Made by a program: the position numbers and the translations under genes
Notes under the pieces: generated by a model
What the model saw: the letters and a program-made list of their open reading frames with translations, nothing else
The model's database searches: none
Told to the model about the DNA's origin: nothing
Shown: piece by piece, positions 8,801 to 18,423 of the stretch
How positions within the stretch are numbered: the stretch's first letter is position 1
Layout of the letters: the number at the start of each line of letters is the position of its first letter
Source: Deltaproteobacteria bacterium
GTDB lineage: Bacteria > Myxococcota_A > Polyangia > Nannocystales > Nannocystaceae
Direction of reading: 5' to 3'
Length of the DNA: 64,000 nucleotides
Assembly (NCBI GenBank): GCA_016709225.1
Contig: JADJEE010000012.1
Location: 2,115,630-2,179,629, forward strand

Positions 8801-10273
8801 ATGGACCGCCTGCCGTGGAGCGGGTTCCACTGGCGGGTCGTCATCGCGCTCGGCATCACATGGGTGCTCGACGGCGTCGAGATCGGTCTCGCGAGCGCGA
8901 TCGGTGACACGCTGCGCGACGAGCAGACGCTTGGCCTCGACGCCCAGACCATCGGCTTCAGCGCGGGGTTGTACCTCGCGGGTGAGGTCACCGGCGCACT
9001 GTACTTTGGTCGCAAGGCCGACGAGCTCGGCCGCCGGCGATTGTTCATCGTCACGCTCGCGCTCTACCTGCTCGCGAACGCACTGACGGCGCTGTCGTGG
9101 ACGACGTGGTTCTTCGTCGCGACGCGCTTCTTCGCGGGCATGGGAATCGGCGGCGAGTATGCGGCGATCCACAGTGCGATCGACGAGCTCACGCCCGCGA
9201 AGTACCGAGGCCGGGTCGACATCGCGATCGCCGGCACGTACTGGGGCGGCGCACTCCTGGCCGCGACGGCGCAGCTGCTGCTGCTCGATCCCGAGCTCAT
9301 TCCGATCGACCTCGGCTGGCGCCTCGCGTTGCTGCTCGGTCCCGTGATCGGCCTCGCGATCTGGCCGCTGCGCAGGTTCATCCCCGAGAGCCCGCGCTGG
9401 CAGCTCACACACGGCTACGAACAGGAGGCCGAGGCCACCGTCGCGCGCATCGAGGCCGGCCTGCGCGACGCGGGCGTGCAGCTCGACGACGTCGATCCCG
9501 CGCACGCCATCGTGCTGCAGCGCCACGACCTCGGCCTCGTCGAGGTGGGCAGGATACTCGTGACGAAGTACCTGCGACGGTTGTGGCTCGCCGCGACGCT
9601 GATGATCACGCAGTCGTTCCTCTACAACGCGATCTTCTTCACCTACGTGCTGATCCTGCGCGACTTCTACGACGTGCCGAGCGCATCCGTCGGCTGGTAC
9701 ATCTTCGCGTTCGCCGGCGGGAATCTGCTGGGCCCGTTCGTGCTCGGGCCAGCGTTCGACACCATCGGGCGACGCAAGATGATCGCGGCGACCTACTGCA
9801 CGTCCGCGCTCTTGCTCGCGATCACGGCGTGGCTGTTCGGCCGAGGCATGCTCACGGCGCAATCCCAGACGGTGCTGTGGTGCGTGATCTTCTTCATCGC
9901 ATCGGCCGCGGCATCGTCGGCCTATCTCACCGTGAGCGAGATCTTCCCCGTCGAGATCCGCGCGCAGTCGATCGCACTCGTGTTCGCCGTCGCGCAGGGG
10001 GTCGGCGCCACGGCACCGGCGATCTTCGGGGCAATCATCGAGGCGGCAAAGGACCCCGCGACCGGTGCGGTCGTCTCACGTCTGCCGCTGGCGCTGGCGT
10101 ACCTCGGCAGCGCGGCGATCATGGCCGGTGGTGGCGTGGTGGCGTGGCTGTTCGGCGTCGATGCCGAGCAGCGATCGCTCGAAGACATCGCGCCGCCGAT
10201 CACCTCGGTCGCGGTGTCGCATGCGACAGCCGCCGATGCGCCGGCCGGTCCGCCTCCGCCCGGCACCGTCTGA
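8801..10273 (+). CDS. MFS transporter (metabolite:H+ symporter type, 12 TM)
   Basis: The N-terminal RLPWSGFHWRVVIALGITWVLDG matches the MFS pattern; the cytoplasmic-loop basic motif GRKADELGRRRL matches the MFS G-x-x-x-D-[RK]-x-G-R-[RK] signature. There are about 12 hydrophobic segments. The track start at 8756 is a TTG; the first ATG is at 8801. Confidence 0.85.
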   Translation: MDRLPWSGFHWRVVIALGITWVLDGVEIGLASAIGDTLRDEQTLGLDAQTIGFSAGLYLAGEVTGALYFGRKADELGRRRLFIVTLALYLLANALTALSWTTWFFVATRFFAGMGIGGEYAAIHSAIDELTPAKYRGRVDIAIAGTYWGGALLAATAQLLLLDPELIPIDLGWRLALLLGPVIGLAIWPLRRFIPESPRWQLTHGYEQEAEATVARIEAGLRDAGVQLDDVDPAHAIVLQRHDLGLVEVGRILVTKYLRRLWLAATLMITQSFLYNAIFFTYVLILRDFYDVPSASVGWYIFAFAGGNLLGPFVLGPAFDTIGRRKMIAATYCTSALLLAITAWLFGRGMLTAQSQTVLWCVIFFIASAAASSAYLTVSEIFPVEIRAQSIALVFAVAQGVGATAPAIFGAIIEAAKDPATGAVVSRLPLALAYLGSAAIMAGGGVVAWLFGVDAEQRSLEDIAPPITSVAVSHATAADAPAGPPPPGTV

Positions 10274-10302
10274 TCGCCCGCATCCGGGGTGGCGCGATGC
10301 CC

Positions 10303-11289
10303 TCAGCGTGGGCGATCGTGTCGATGCACCCGGTGCGGCCGATGCCGCCCCGGCGGCTGCGCGCTCGCTTCGGCGACCGCGTCCTCGGCGAGGAAGCGTT
10401 CGGCCACGTCGACGTGCTCGTCGAAGTACTGCTTCTCCTGCGGAGAGCAGAACGCGAAGGTCTTGCCTGCCAGCGTCGAGGTCAACGTGGGATCGGCGTC
10501 CATCCAGCACAGCGGGCACTTCGGTGCGGCCGAGCCGGCATCGGGCATGCGAGCGTACTCGCCGTTCGACGCAGCGTCGTGCCACCCCGGCCCTTGGTAC
10601 TCCATGCCATCGGCGATCGAACGAGCGCTGGACTCTCCGAGATATCTTGCGACCACGCGGAGTGCGAGGTCGATCCCCGACGAGATTCCGCCGGACGATG
10701 CGAGGTTGCCCGACTCGGTGAAGCGCGCCCCCCGAAGCACGGAGACCGCTGGAAAGTCGCCTGCCAGGCGAAAGTAGCCCCCGTGATGCGCCGTCGTCGC
10801 CTTGCCGTCGAGCAGTCCCGCGCGGGCGAGCACGAAGGCACCGTTGCACACCGACATCGTGACGTCGGTCTCGGGTGAGACGGTGCGGAGCCACTCCAGC
10901 ATGTCGGGCGTCTCGCCGGTCAACGCGGGGATCACGACGACCTTGGGTGGCGGCGCGTCGGCGAAGGTGTAGTCGGGGATCACCTGCATGCCGCCGAACA
11001 CACGCACCGGATCGCGCGTCTGCGCGACGAAGTACGGCTCGAAGAGCGGATGTCCATCCTCCGTCCACGCCGCCGCGAAGACCTCGAGTGGCCCCGTGAA
11101 GTCGAGCACTTCGGCGTCGGGCCCGAGCACGATCGCCAGCGGCAACTCGCCGCCGGGCGGGACCGGCAGCGGCGAGGGGACCTGCGTGGCCGCTCGCGCG
11201 ACCGGCTCGGCCGCCGCGTCGAGCGGTGCGTGGCGATCCGATGGGCCGCGCGCGCACGCGACGACAGCAAGTGTGAGCGCGAGCCTCAT
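10303..11289 (-). CDS. DJ-1/PfpI family (class I glutamine amidotransferase-like) lipoprotein with a C-terminal YHS (TRASH-type) metal-binding domain
   Basis: An ATG at 11289 gives MRLALTLAVVAC (lipobox). The DJ-1/PfpI core with a nucleophile-elbow Cys is TMSVCNGAFVLARAGLL. The C-terminal KCPLCWMDAD…KTFAFCSPQEKQYF is a YHS domain. The track ORF 10303..14154 is otherwise antisense junk. Confidence 0.75.
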   Translation of the reverse strand: MRLALTLAVVACARGPSDRHAPLDAAAEPVARAATQVPSPLPVPPGGELPLAIVLGPDAEVLDFTGPLEVFAAAWTEDGHPLFEPYFVAQTRDPVRVFGGMQVIPDYTFADAPPPKVVVIPALTGETPDMLEWLRTVSPETDVTMSVCNGAFVLARAGLLDGKATTAHHGGYFRLAGDFPAVSVLRGARFTESGNLASSGGISSGIDLALRVVARYLGESSARSIADGMEYQGPGWHDAASNGEYARMPDAGSAAPKCPLCWMDADPTLTSTLAGKTFAFCSPQEKQYFDEHVDVAERFLAEDAVAEASAQPPGRHRPHRVHRHDRPR

Positions 11290-11586
11290 TCGCCCACGCC
11301 AGACGTCGATCACGGCGCCACCGTGAGTGTCACGTCTCGCAGCTGTGGGTCGGCTGCAATGTCGACCTCGCGGAAGGGGAAGTCGAACCACTCGCCCAGC
11401 GTCGAACAGAGCTTCGGTACGCACACGAGTCGTCTCACGCGATCGACATAACAGGGTCCGAACTCGACGAGGTGTGGTGAAACTTCGCAGCGTCACTTCG
11501 CGGCGGCCCGCAAGCAGCCCCCGCGCGAAAGCACCGCAGGTGCAGCCGCTCGACGCCCCAACGACGCCGCGGGTAGTGTCTGCGCG

Positions 11587-12681
11587 ATGCTCGATGCGTC
11601 GTTGCGGATCGTTTGGATCGCGCTGCTCGCTGGTGGGTGTGCAGGCGCCATCCCGCCGCGCGAGCGCACAGCCCCGCCACCGCGCGACGAAGCCGACACG
11701 GCGGCAACCATCGCACGCACGCACGCGCTGTTCGACGCCATCGATCGCGGAGACACGGGCGCGGTCGATCGGCAGCTGGCTCCCGGCTTCTTCGTGCTCG
11801 ACCGCGGCCGCCGCTTCGATCGACCGCTGTTCCTGACGGGGGTCGACCGGCACGACCGAGCCCCCACGAGCCCGCGAAGCTGCAGCCAGGAGGAGGTCCA
11901 CACCCATGGCTCGACGGCAGCCTACGTCGCCGAGTGCAGCGAACCCGGTGCGCACTCCGATGGCCTTCGAGCGAGCCATCGCTACACCCTGCACTGGTCG
12001 CGCGACAGCGGCACGTGGCAACTGCTGAGCCTCCAGCTCGAGCGCGGCGGGGTCGAGGACGCGCGCGAGCTTTGGAATGACATCTTCTCGCAGCGAGCTG
12101 GCTTCTCCACCGAGCCCAACGCGCTGCTCACGAGCACCATCGCTGGGCGCACTCCCGGTCGAGCGCTCGATGTGATGATGGGACAGGGCCGCAACGCGCT
12201 CCAGCTGGCGGCCGCGGGCTGGGACGTGACCGGGATCGACATCTCCGACGAAGCGCTCCGGCAAGCCACCGAGGCCGCGCAGGCGCGCGGCCTCGCACTG
12301 CAAACCGAGCTCGTCGACACCTCCAGCTTCGACTTCGGCCACGCTCGATGGGACCTCGTCGCGCTGATCTACGCCGGCGTCGAGCCCGAGCTGTTGTCTC
12401 GCGTCGAGCAGGCAGTCGCACCCGGCGGCATCGTGGTGATCGAGTACTTCGCGAGCGAGTCCGTGGTCGGCGACAACCTCGGTGGCGCGACGCCAGGCCA
12501 GCTTGCGCGGGCGTTCCGCGGCTGGAGCATCATCCGCGACGAGCGCGCGGAGGACGTTGCGGACTGGGGTCTGGGTCGGACGCTCCTCGCGCGCTTCGTC
12601 GCCCAGAAGCCGTCGCCACCGCCACCGAGTTCCGGCCTTGGCGCCCCCACCGACCGCACGCACGGGGTGCGGCAAGATTGA
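11587..12681 (+). CDS. lipoprotein fusing a SnoaL-like/DUF4440 (NTF2-fold) domain to a TehB-like class I SAM-dependent methyltransferase
   Basis: The N-terminus MLDASLRIVWIALLAGGCAG carries the signal. The N-terminal 150 aa has NTF2-like character. The C-terminal LDVMMGQGRNALQLAAAGWDVTGIDISDEAL is a SAM-binding motif I resembling TehB. Confidence 0.7.
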   Translation: MLDASLRIVWIALLAGGCAGAIPPRERTAPPPRDEADTAATIARTHALFDAIDRGDTGAVDRQLAPGFFVLDRGRRFDRPLFLTGVDRHDRAPTSPRSCSQEEVHTHGSTAAYVAECSEPGAHSDGLRASHRYTLHWSRDSGTWQLLSLQLERGGVEDARELWNDIFSQRAGFSTEPNALLTSTIAGRTPGRALDVMMGQGRNALQLAAAGWDVTGIDISDEALRQATEAAQARGLALQTELVDTSSFDFGHARWDLVALIYAGVEPELLSRVEQAVAPGGIVVIEYFASESVVGDNLGGATPGQLARAFRGWSIIRDERAEDVADWGLGRTLLARFVAQKPSPPPPSSGLGAPTDRTHGVRQD

Positions 12682-12720
12682 TCGCGTCGGCGAACGCGCG
12701 GTCGTGGTAGCGATCGAAGC

Positions 12721-14124
12721 ATGCCGTTGCTCGCCCTGCTGCCGCTCCTGCTCGCCGCCGACCACGAGCTCTTCGGCAAGCCCGTCTTCCGGCCCGCACC
12801 GCCCGAGCAGCAGACCCTCGAGACGCGACGTGAGGGCTTCGAGCGCATGCTCGACGAGCGCGGCTGGGTGCAGATCGACGATCAGGTGCGCCCCGCCGCC
12901 GAGGACGGCAGCTTCGCGCAGCCGATCATGCCGCAGGCGGCGTGGAGCTCTCCGCCGCACCGCTCGACGATCTTCCTCAACTTCTTCGGCACCGAGAGCC
13001 TCAAGCCGGGCACGAACTCCGACCTCGACGAGTCGTCGTGCCTGCAGGGCGAGATGCCGTGGCCCGGGTTCGGCGGGACCGAGCAGCAGGCGCTCGCGCT
13101 CATCGAGATCTTCGAGGTCAAGATGGCGCCGTACGGCGTGCGCATCGCCTATGACGAGCGTCCGCCATCGCATCTGCCATACGCGATGGTGATGATGGGC
13201 GGCTCCCCCAACATGCTGGGCCTCGGCAACGGTGTGCTGGGCGTGTCGTGCAGCTCGGACTGCGGCGACTTCTGGTGGCGTGACACCACCTTTGCGTTCA
13301 CCGATGCCATCAACCCCAACAACGCCGATGTGCTCGGCACCACGGCACTGCACGAGGCTGCCCACGCATTCGGTCTCGCTCACATCGACGATGCCACGCG
13401 GATCATGAATCCATTCGTCGGTAGCGGTGACGTCGATTGGGCCACCACGTGCACGCCCTACAACGACGCCACCGGCGGCATCAATTGCCAGCCGACCCAC
13501 GACGAGTTCTGCGGCGGTGGTGCGCAGAACTCGGACGCCGAGCTCCTGGCCTACTTCGGCGAGAACAGCCCCGACATCGAGCCTCCGGTGGTCGAGATCC
13601 TCTCCCCGGCCGATGGCACCGAACTCGAGGTCGGTGGCAGCGTGATGGTCGAGGCCGAGATCACCGACGATCACGAGGGCGTGGGCTGGAAGCTCGTACT
13701 CCCCGAGGTGGGGCAGGAGTCGGTGGCGTATCAGTTCGAGAAGAGCTGGCCGCTCGGCAACCTCCCCGCCGGCGTGTACACGCTGCGCGTCGAGGCCATC
13801 GACCACGATCGCAACGAAGCCTTCGACGAGGTGACGATCTACGTCGGCGTGGATGCTCCAGCCGGGACCAGCGGCAGCGGTGGCGACTCGGAGGGCGGCG
13901 GCGTCGACTCGAGCGGGAGCGGCGGTGGTGAGGACGGCACCGGCTCGTCGGATGCAGGCGCGACCACCGACGTCGACGGCGGCAATCAGGATGCCAGTAC
14001 CGTGGACAAGGAGGGCTGCGCGTGCGCTGCCACGACGCCCTCGCCGCGGACCCCCTCCGTGCTGCTGGCGGCGGGCTTGCTGATGCTGCGCCGCCGCCGA
14101 CGCTCGTGCGTCGCGGCGCGGTAG
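12721..14124 (+). CDS. secreted zinc metalloprotease (metzincin-type HExxHxxGxxH) with a C-terminal MYXO-CTERM sorting domain
   Basis: HEAAHAFGLAH is the zinc-binding consensus. A Gly/Ser/Asp-rich linker follows. The C-terminus GCACAATTPSPRTPSVLLAAGLLMLRRRRR is Cys-x-Cys, a hydrophobic helix, then an Arg cluster, which is the MYXO-CTERM pattern. Confidence 0.8.
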   Translation: MPLLALLPLLLAADHELFGKPVFRPAPPEQQTLETRREGFERMLDERGWVQIDDQVRPAAEDGSFAQPIMPQAAWSSPPHRSTIFLNFFGTESLKPGTNSDLDESSCLQGEMPWPGFGGTEQQALALIEIFEVKMAPYGVRIAYDERPPSHLPYAMVMMGGSPNMLGLGNGVLGVSCSSDCGDFWWRDTTFAFTDAINPNNADVLGTTALHEAAHAFGLAHIDDATRIMNPFVGSGDVDWATTCTPYNDATGGINCQPTHDEFCGGGAQNSDAELLAYFGENSPDIEPPVVEILSPADGTELEVGGSVMVEAEITDDHEGVGWKLVLPEVGQESVAYQFEKSWPLGNLPAGVYTLRVEAIDHDRNEAFDEVTIYVGVDAPAGTSGSGGDSEGGGVDSSGSGGGEDGTGSSDAGATTDVDGGNQDASTVDKEGCACAATTPSPRTPSVLLAAGLLMLRRRRRSCVAAR

Positions 14125-14361
14125 CAGCGTCCGCGCGATCGAGCGTTGCGGCACCTGAGGCGGCGACGCATGCGTCCTCTCGCAGCCGGCTGCGGTGAAT
14201 CACCACGGTCGTTCGACTCGCCCGCGCCATCAGAGGCTGCTAGACCGCCGTCGACCATGCGACGCACGCGGACCTCCGAGGATGCACACGACCAGACTCC
14301 GAACGCCGCTGCGCGCGATGCAGACCAGCCCCCCCGCGTCTCATCGCGGGTCCTCGCACGC

Positions 14362-15444
14362 ATGGTCCCGATCGCGCTGGTGCTGTGCGCAGCGCTCGCG
14401 GGGGGCACGGCGATGTTCCTGCGACACTATCGTGCCGAGGCCAGCGATGCCGATCGATTCGCCTCGCTGCATGGCGACCACGCGCGTCTCGAGTCGCTGT
14501 GGTCACTCCCGCCGTTCCAGCTGCGAGACCAACACGATCGCCCGTTCGGCCTCGCGGCGCTCCGCGGCCGCCCGTTCATCGCCGATTTCATCTTCACGCA
14601 GTGCACCAGCGTGTGCCCCACGCTGACCTCGAACATGCTGCTCGTGCGAGATCGACTGCACGACCGCGATGTCCAGTTCGTTTCGTTCTCGGTCGACCCT
14701 GCCCATGACACACCGGCCGTGCTCTCCGACTACGCCGCACGCTGGGGTGCCGTCGGCGACGACTGGACGCTGCTATCGAGCTCGTCGGCGCAGCTGAGCG
14801 ACGTGCTCGCCGGGTTCCGCGTCGCTGCGCGCCCCACCGACGATCCGAGCGAACCGATCGTGCACACCAACCTCTTCTTCCTGGTGGACGCCACCGGCAC
14901 CGTGCGCGGCATCTACCACAGTGACATGACGTCCGATCTCGACGCGCTGGTCGAGGACGCCCGCGTACTGGCGGCACCGCGGGTCGGCAGCGACCCGGCC
15001 CCGCGCACCATCGCGAGCCTCGGATGCACCGGCTGTCACGCCTCACCCGCCATCGCACCACCGCTGGGAGGGTCGCTCGGCGAAACACGAATGACCGATG
15101 ACGGACGACGGGTCACGGTCGACGCGGCGTACCTGCGGCGAGCGCTGCTCGATCCGCGCGCGGACGTCGTAGCGGGGTATCCCGGCGTCATGCCGAGCTA
15201 CGCCGGTGTCCTCAGCGATGCGGAGGTCGACGAGATCCTCGACCAGCTGCGGTCCATGACCGACGCGGCTCCGCCAGCGACGCCAGCCGCCCTCGCGATC
15301 GATCCCGTGTGCGGCATGAAGGTGCGCGTCACCCCGGACGCGCACCACGCTCGCCACGACGGCGAGGATGTCTACTTCTGCGCCGAGGCGTGCAAGGACG
15401 CGTTCCTCGCTGCGCCGGCGCAGTACGAACGACACCGGCAGTGA
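14362..15444 (+). CDS. SCO1/SenC copper chaperone fused to a mono-haem cytochrome c domain and a C-terminal YHS domain
   Basis: The thioredoxin-fold motif FIFTQCTSVCPT has the SCO CxxxC. The CxxCH haem site is CTGCHAS. The C-terminal DPVCGMKV…YFCAEACKDAF is a YHS domain. The start was chosen at the ATG giving the TM anchor MVPIALVLCAALAGG. The track start 14146 is a TTG, and codon usage upstream of 14362 is poor. Confidence 0.8.
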   Translation: MVPIALVLCAALAGGTAMFLRHYRAEASDADRFASLHGDHARLESLWSLPPFQLRDQHDRPFGLAALRGRPFIADFIFTQCTSVCPTLTSNMLLVRDRLHDRDVQFVSFSVDPAHDTPAVLSDYAARWGAVGDDWTLLSSSSAQLSDVLAGFRVAARPTDDPSEPIVHTNLFFLVDATGTVRGIYHSDMTSDLDALVEDARVLAAPRVGSDPAPRTIASLGCTGCHASPAIAPPLGGSLGETRMTDDGRRVTVDAAYLRRALLDPRADVVAGYPGVMPSYAGVLSDAEVDEILDQLRSMTDAAPPATPAALAIDPVCGMKVRVTPDAHHARHDGEDVYFCAEACKDAFLAAPAQYERHRQ

Positions 15445-15502
15445 CGTTGGCGGCCTGACGTTCCGCATCCGACGGGGTGCGGTGTCGCGGCGGGCCCGTC
15501 AG

Positions 15503-16312
15503 ATGCGCGGCCGACGGATGCAATGGTTTGCACGGCCCATGGCGTTCACGCGAAAGTTCATCCTCGTCGTCGTCGCGCTGGCGGTGGTCGCCGCGACCTG
15601 GATCGTCACGATCTGGCCGCGCGCGCGCGAAACGGAGCCCGACGGTCCTGCGCCCGTCGTGCGGCAGGAGCCGCGGAGCGCAGGCATGCACGGCACGACC
15701 GACGCCCACCCGCGTGCGAAGTCGGCCGCGCCCATCAGCCCAGCCGAAGCCGAGGCGCGACGCGTCGCGCGTGCCCGCTGGGAGGAGCGACGGGCCCGCA
15801 TCCTCGCCGCCCACGCGACGCCGGCCGAGCGCGACGCAGCACCGGAGACACCGAAGTGTGTCGGCGAGGATTGCCCGCCCGATCCGGCCGACTTCGGCGG
15901 CGACGTCGTGTTCGCGTCGTTCGTCGGCGAGACCCAGACGCTCACACGTGGCTGCGAGGAGCTCATGGGTGAGAAGCCGCAGTCGGTGCGGATCAACGCG
16001 CGGCTCGTCGGCGCGCCCGGGGTCGGCACCATCGTCGACAATGTCACCGTCACCGGCCCCGGCGAATCCATGGACGAGCTCACCCAGTGCCTCCAGCAGG
16101 GCATGTACACCCTCGAGCTCGGCGACGCCGCGGCGAACTTCGAACGCGACGCGACGCTGGTGCTCGGCCTACTCGACGAGGTCGCCGGTCAGCAGTGGCT
16201 GTCGCCGGAGGAGCTCGCGGGGATCCGGCAGCAGATGATCGATGGCGGACTCGACCCGGCCGCCGATCCGATGGTCTCGGTCAACGCCGGCGAGCCCGCC
16301 GCCGAGCCGTGA
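15503..16312 (+). CDS. hypothetical membrane-anchored exported protein
   Basis: The ATG at 15503 gives MRGRRMQWFARPMAFTRKFILVVVALAVVAATWIV (signal anchor). The acidic globular C-terminal part has paired Cys residues and good GC3. Confidence 0.55.
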   Translation: MRGRRMQWFARPMAFTRKFILVVVALAVVAATWIVTIWPRARETEPDGPAPVVRQEPRSAGMHGTTDAHPRAKSAAPISPAEAEARRVARARWEERRARILAAHATPAERDAAPETPKCVGEDCPPDPADFGGDVVFASFVGETQTLTRGCEELMGEKPQSVRINARLVGAPGVGTIVDNVTVTGPGESMDELTQCLQQGMYTLELGDAAANFERDATLVLGLLDEVAGQQWLSPEELAGIRQQMIDGGLDPAADPMVSVNAGEPAAEP

Positions 16313-16428
16313 GTGCCACGCTCGGCGCTTGGCCTCGCCTTCGCAGCGCGGGCGCGCCGCGAAGGCCGGGTCCGCATCTGCACTGCCCCCTTCCCGCGAT
16401 TGGCGAAGTGCACGTATCCTCGATCTCG

Positions 16429-17367
16429 ATGGTAGGCAGGACGTGGATGGTAGGGGTGTGCCCACTGCTGGTGATCGCATGCGGTCCGGTGGTCCTGGCC
16501 GGCGACGACTCGACCACCGGTGTGATCGAGACGACCAGCAACAGCGCCGGCCCGTCGACATCCTCCGATGCCCCGCCGACGACGACGATCGGCAGCACGT
16601 CGAGCGCAGACACCTCGGCGTCCGCGACCTCCGGCGTCGAACCCGACACCGGGCTCGACAGTGCCGACTTCCTCATCGAGTACGACGTCGCCCGGCCGAT
16701 CGAGTGCGACCTGTGGAACGATGATTGCCCGCGCGGCGAGAAGTGCATGCCGTGGGCGAACGATGGTGGCAACGCTTGGAACTCGACCCGTTGCTCCCCG
16801 GTGGACGAAAATCCCCACGCGGTCGGCGAGCCCTGCACGGTCGAAGAATCGCCGGTCAGCGGGATCGACGACTGCGTGGCGAACGCGATGTGTTGGAACG
16901 TCGAGGCCGGGACGAACATGGGCACGTGCGTCGGCTTCTGCACCGGCTCGCGTGCGCAGCCGCTGTGCCCGGATGGCTCCTCCTGCTCGCTGACGGGCGA
17001 CGGCGTGCTGATCCTCTGCATCCCCACCTGTAACCCCCTCGCAAGCGATTGCCCGGATGATCAGGGTTGCTACCCGTACGTCAACGGCGAGTTCGCATGC
17101 TTCCTCGACGAGTCCCATTTCGAGGGTTGGCCGGGCGCAGCGTGCGAGTACATCAATGCGTGTCAACCAGGCTTGTTCTGCGCCGACGGCGAGCTCGTAC
17201 CCGGCTGCGCCGACACGGGATGCTGCTCGCCCTACTGCGATCGGAGCGACGGCATGGCGGACGCGACGTGCGATGCAGCGCTGCCGGGCACCACGTGCAC
17301 CGCGTGGTACAGCGAGGGCGAGGCCCCACCCGGCCTCGAGAACCTGGGCGTGTGCGTGCAGGGCTGA
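16429..17367 (+). CDS. Cys-rich secreted lipoprotein
   Basis: The N-terminus is MVGRTWMVGVCPLLVIACG (lipobox), followed by a Ser/Thr linker and then about 30 Cys in EGF-like/disulfide-rich spacing (CxxxxC, GCC). Confidence 0.65.
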   Translation: MVGRTWMVGVCPLLVIACGPVVLAGDDSTTGVIETTSNSAGPSTSSDAPPTTTIGSTSSADTSASATSGVEPDTGLDSADFLIEYDVARPIECDLWNDDCPRGEKCMPWANDGGNAWNSTRCSPVDENPHAVGEPCTVEESPVSGIDDCVANAMCWNVEAGTNMGTCVGFCTGSRAQPLCPDGSSCSLTGDGVLILCIPTCNPLASDCPDDQGCYPYVNGEFACFLDESHFEGWPGAACEYINACQPGLFCADGELVPGCADTGCCSPYCDRSDGMADATCDAALPGTTCTAWYSEGEAPPGLENLGVCVQG

Positions 17368-17493
17368 CGAGCTCGGCGCACGATTCGGGTCAAGCCAGCA
17401 GGCACCCGCCGAGCCAGTCGCCGTCGAGGACGCACGTCGTCGTCGGGTCGTCGCACGAGGACTCGTCTGCACCCGAATTCGTTGGCGCCCAAG

Positions 17494-18423
17494 TCACTCC
17501 TCGAAGTCGTCCACGCGAAAGGCTTCGCGCGCGCGCACCTTCTCCGCCACCCCCGGCGACAGCTCCACCGCTCGCGAGTACACCCGCGAGTCGCTCATGC
17601 AGCTCGCCGACTCGTAGCTCAGCTCGGCGATCCCGACGCCGGTCGCGTCGTCGACGAACACGCCCACCACCGCAGGGTCGCTGCGATCCAGCGTCATCTC
17701 TGGTTCTTCGCCGCGCCAGCCCGGCATGCGCGTCGACTGCAGCACCTGTGCACCCCGCACCCGCACGATGAAGTGGCCGCCGTGGTACAGCGCCTCGGCG
17801 GCTCGCTGGCCGGGCTCCGGCAGCTCATCGACGGGCGGCAGCTCGGGGCCGCTGCCGCGGTACCAGTACGGCTGCAGCGGCAGCGCTTGCATCGGTCGCC
17901 AGCCGATCGCGAGCTCGGCGTTGATCGACGCAATCCGCTGGGCGATCTGCTCCCGCTCGTCCCGGCACGGCCGACCCCAGGCCCCCTCGGTCGCCTCGTA
18001 GATCGCTTCGCCGTCGAGCACGATCGAGCGCGAGAGCACCGACTCGTCGCGGCGTCGCAGCTCGATCGCCAGCTCACCGACGAAGTCGGCGTTGCCACCA
18101 TCGTCGCGGTCGACGGCCGCGATCGCACCGCCATCCAACCGCACCGCCGGAAAACCCTCGGCGAAGACCTCGTGCTCGCAGTCGCCGCTGCCGGCGGTTC
18201 GCGGCTCCAGCCGCAGTCGCGGTGCATCATCGGACGGGCGGATCGAACCCAGGGCGTCGATCACGTTGCCGTCGTCGTCGGGGATCGCAGCGCGCCGGAC
18301 GGCGAGCTCCGTCGCCCGCGGCGCGACCTCCGGCGGCTCGTAGTGCGCCTCGACGGGCGGCGCCATGCAAGCACTGGACGAACCCAACACGAGCAGCACA
18401 GAGATCCGCCTCGGCATCGTCAT
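17494..18423 (-). CDS. hypothetical lipoprotein
   Basis: The ATG at 18423/18417 gives MTMPRRISVLLVLGSSSAC (lipobox). The upstream part of the track ORF is junk. Confidence 0.6.
   Translation of the reverse strand: MTMPRRISVLLVLGSSSACMAPPVEAHYEPPEVAPRATELAVRRAAIPDDDGNVIDALGSIRPSDDAPRLRLEPRTAGSGDCEHEVFAEGFPAVRLDGGAIAAVDRDDGGNADFVGELAIELRRRDESVLSRSIVLDGEAIYEATEGAWGRPCRDEREQIAQRIASINAELAIGWRPMQALPLQPYWYRGSGPELPPVDELPEPGQRAAEALYHGGHFIVRVRGAQVLQSTRMPGWRGEEPEMTLDRSDPAVVGVFVDDATGVGIAELSYESASCMSDSRVYSRAVELSPGVAEKVRAREAFRVDDFEE

Noticed and set aside
11290-14154. Upstream 950 codons of the 1283-aa minus-strand ORF 10303..14154
   Set aside because: Only the last 328 codons (the DJ-1/PfpI-YHS lipoprotein) look like protein. 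The rest is antisense to the SnoaL-MTase and MYXO-CTERM protease genes and is compositionally junk.
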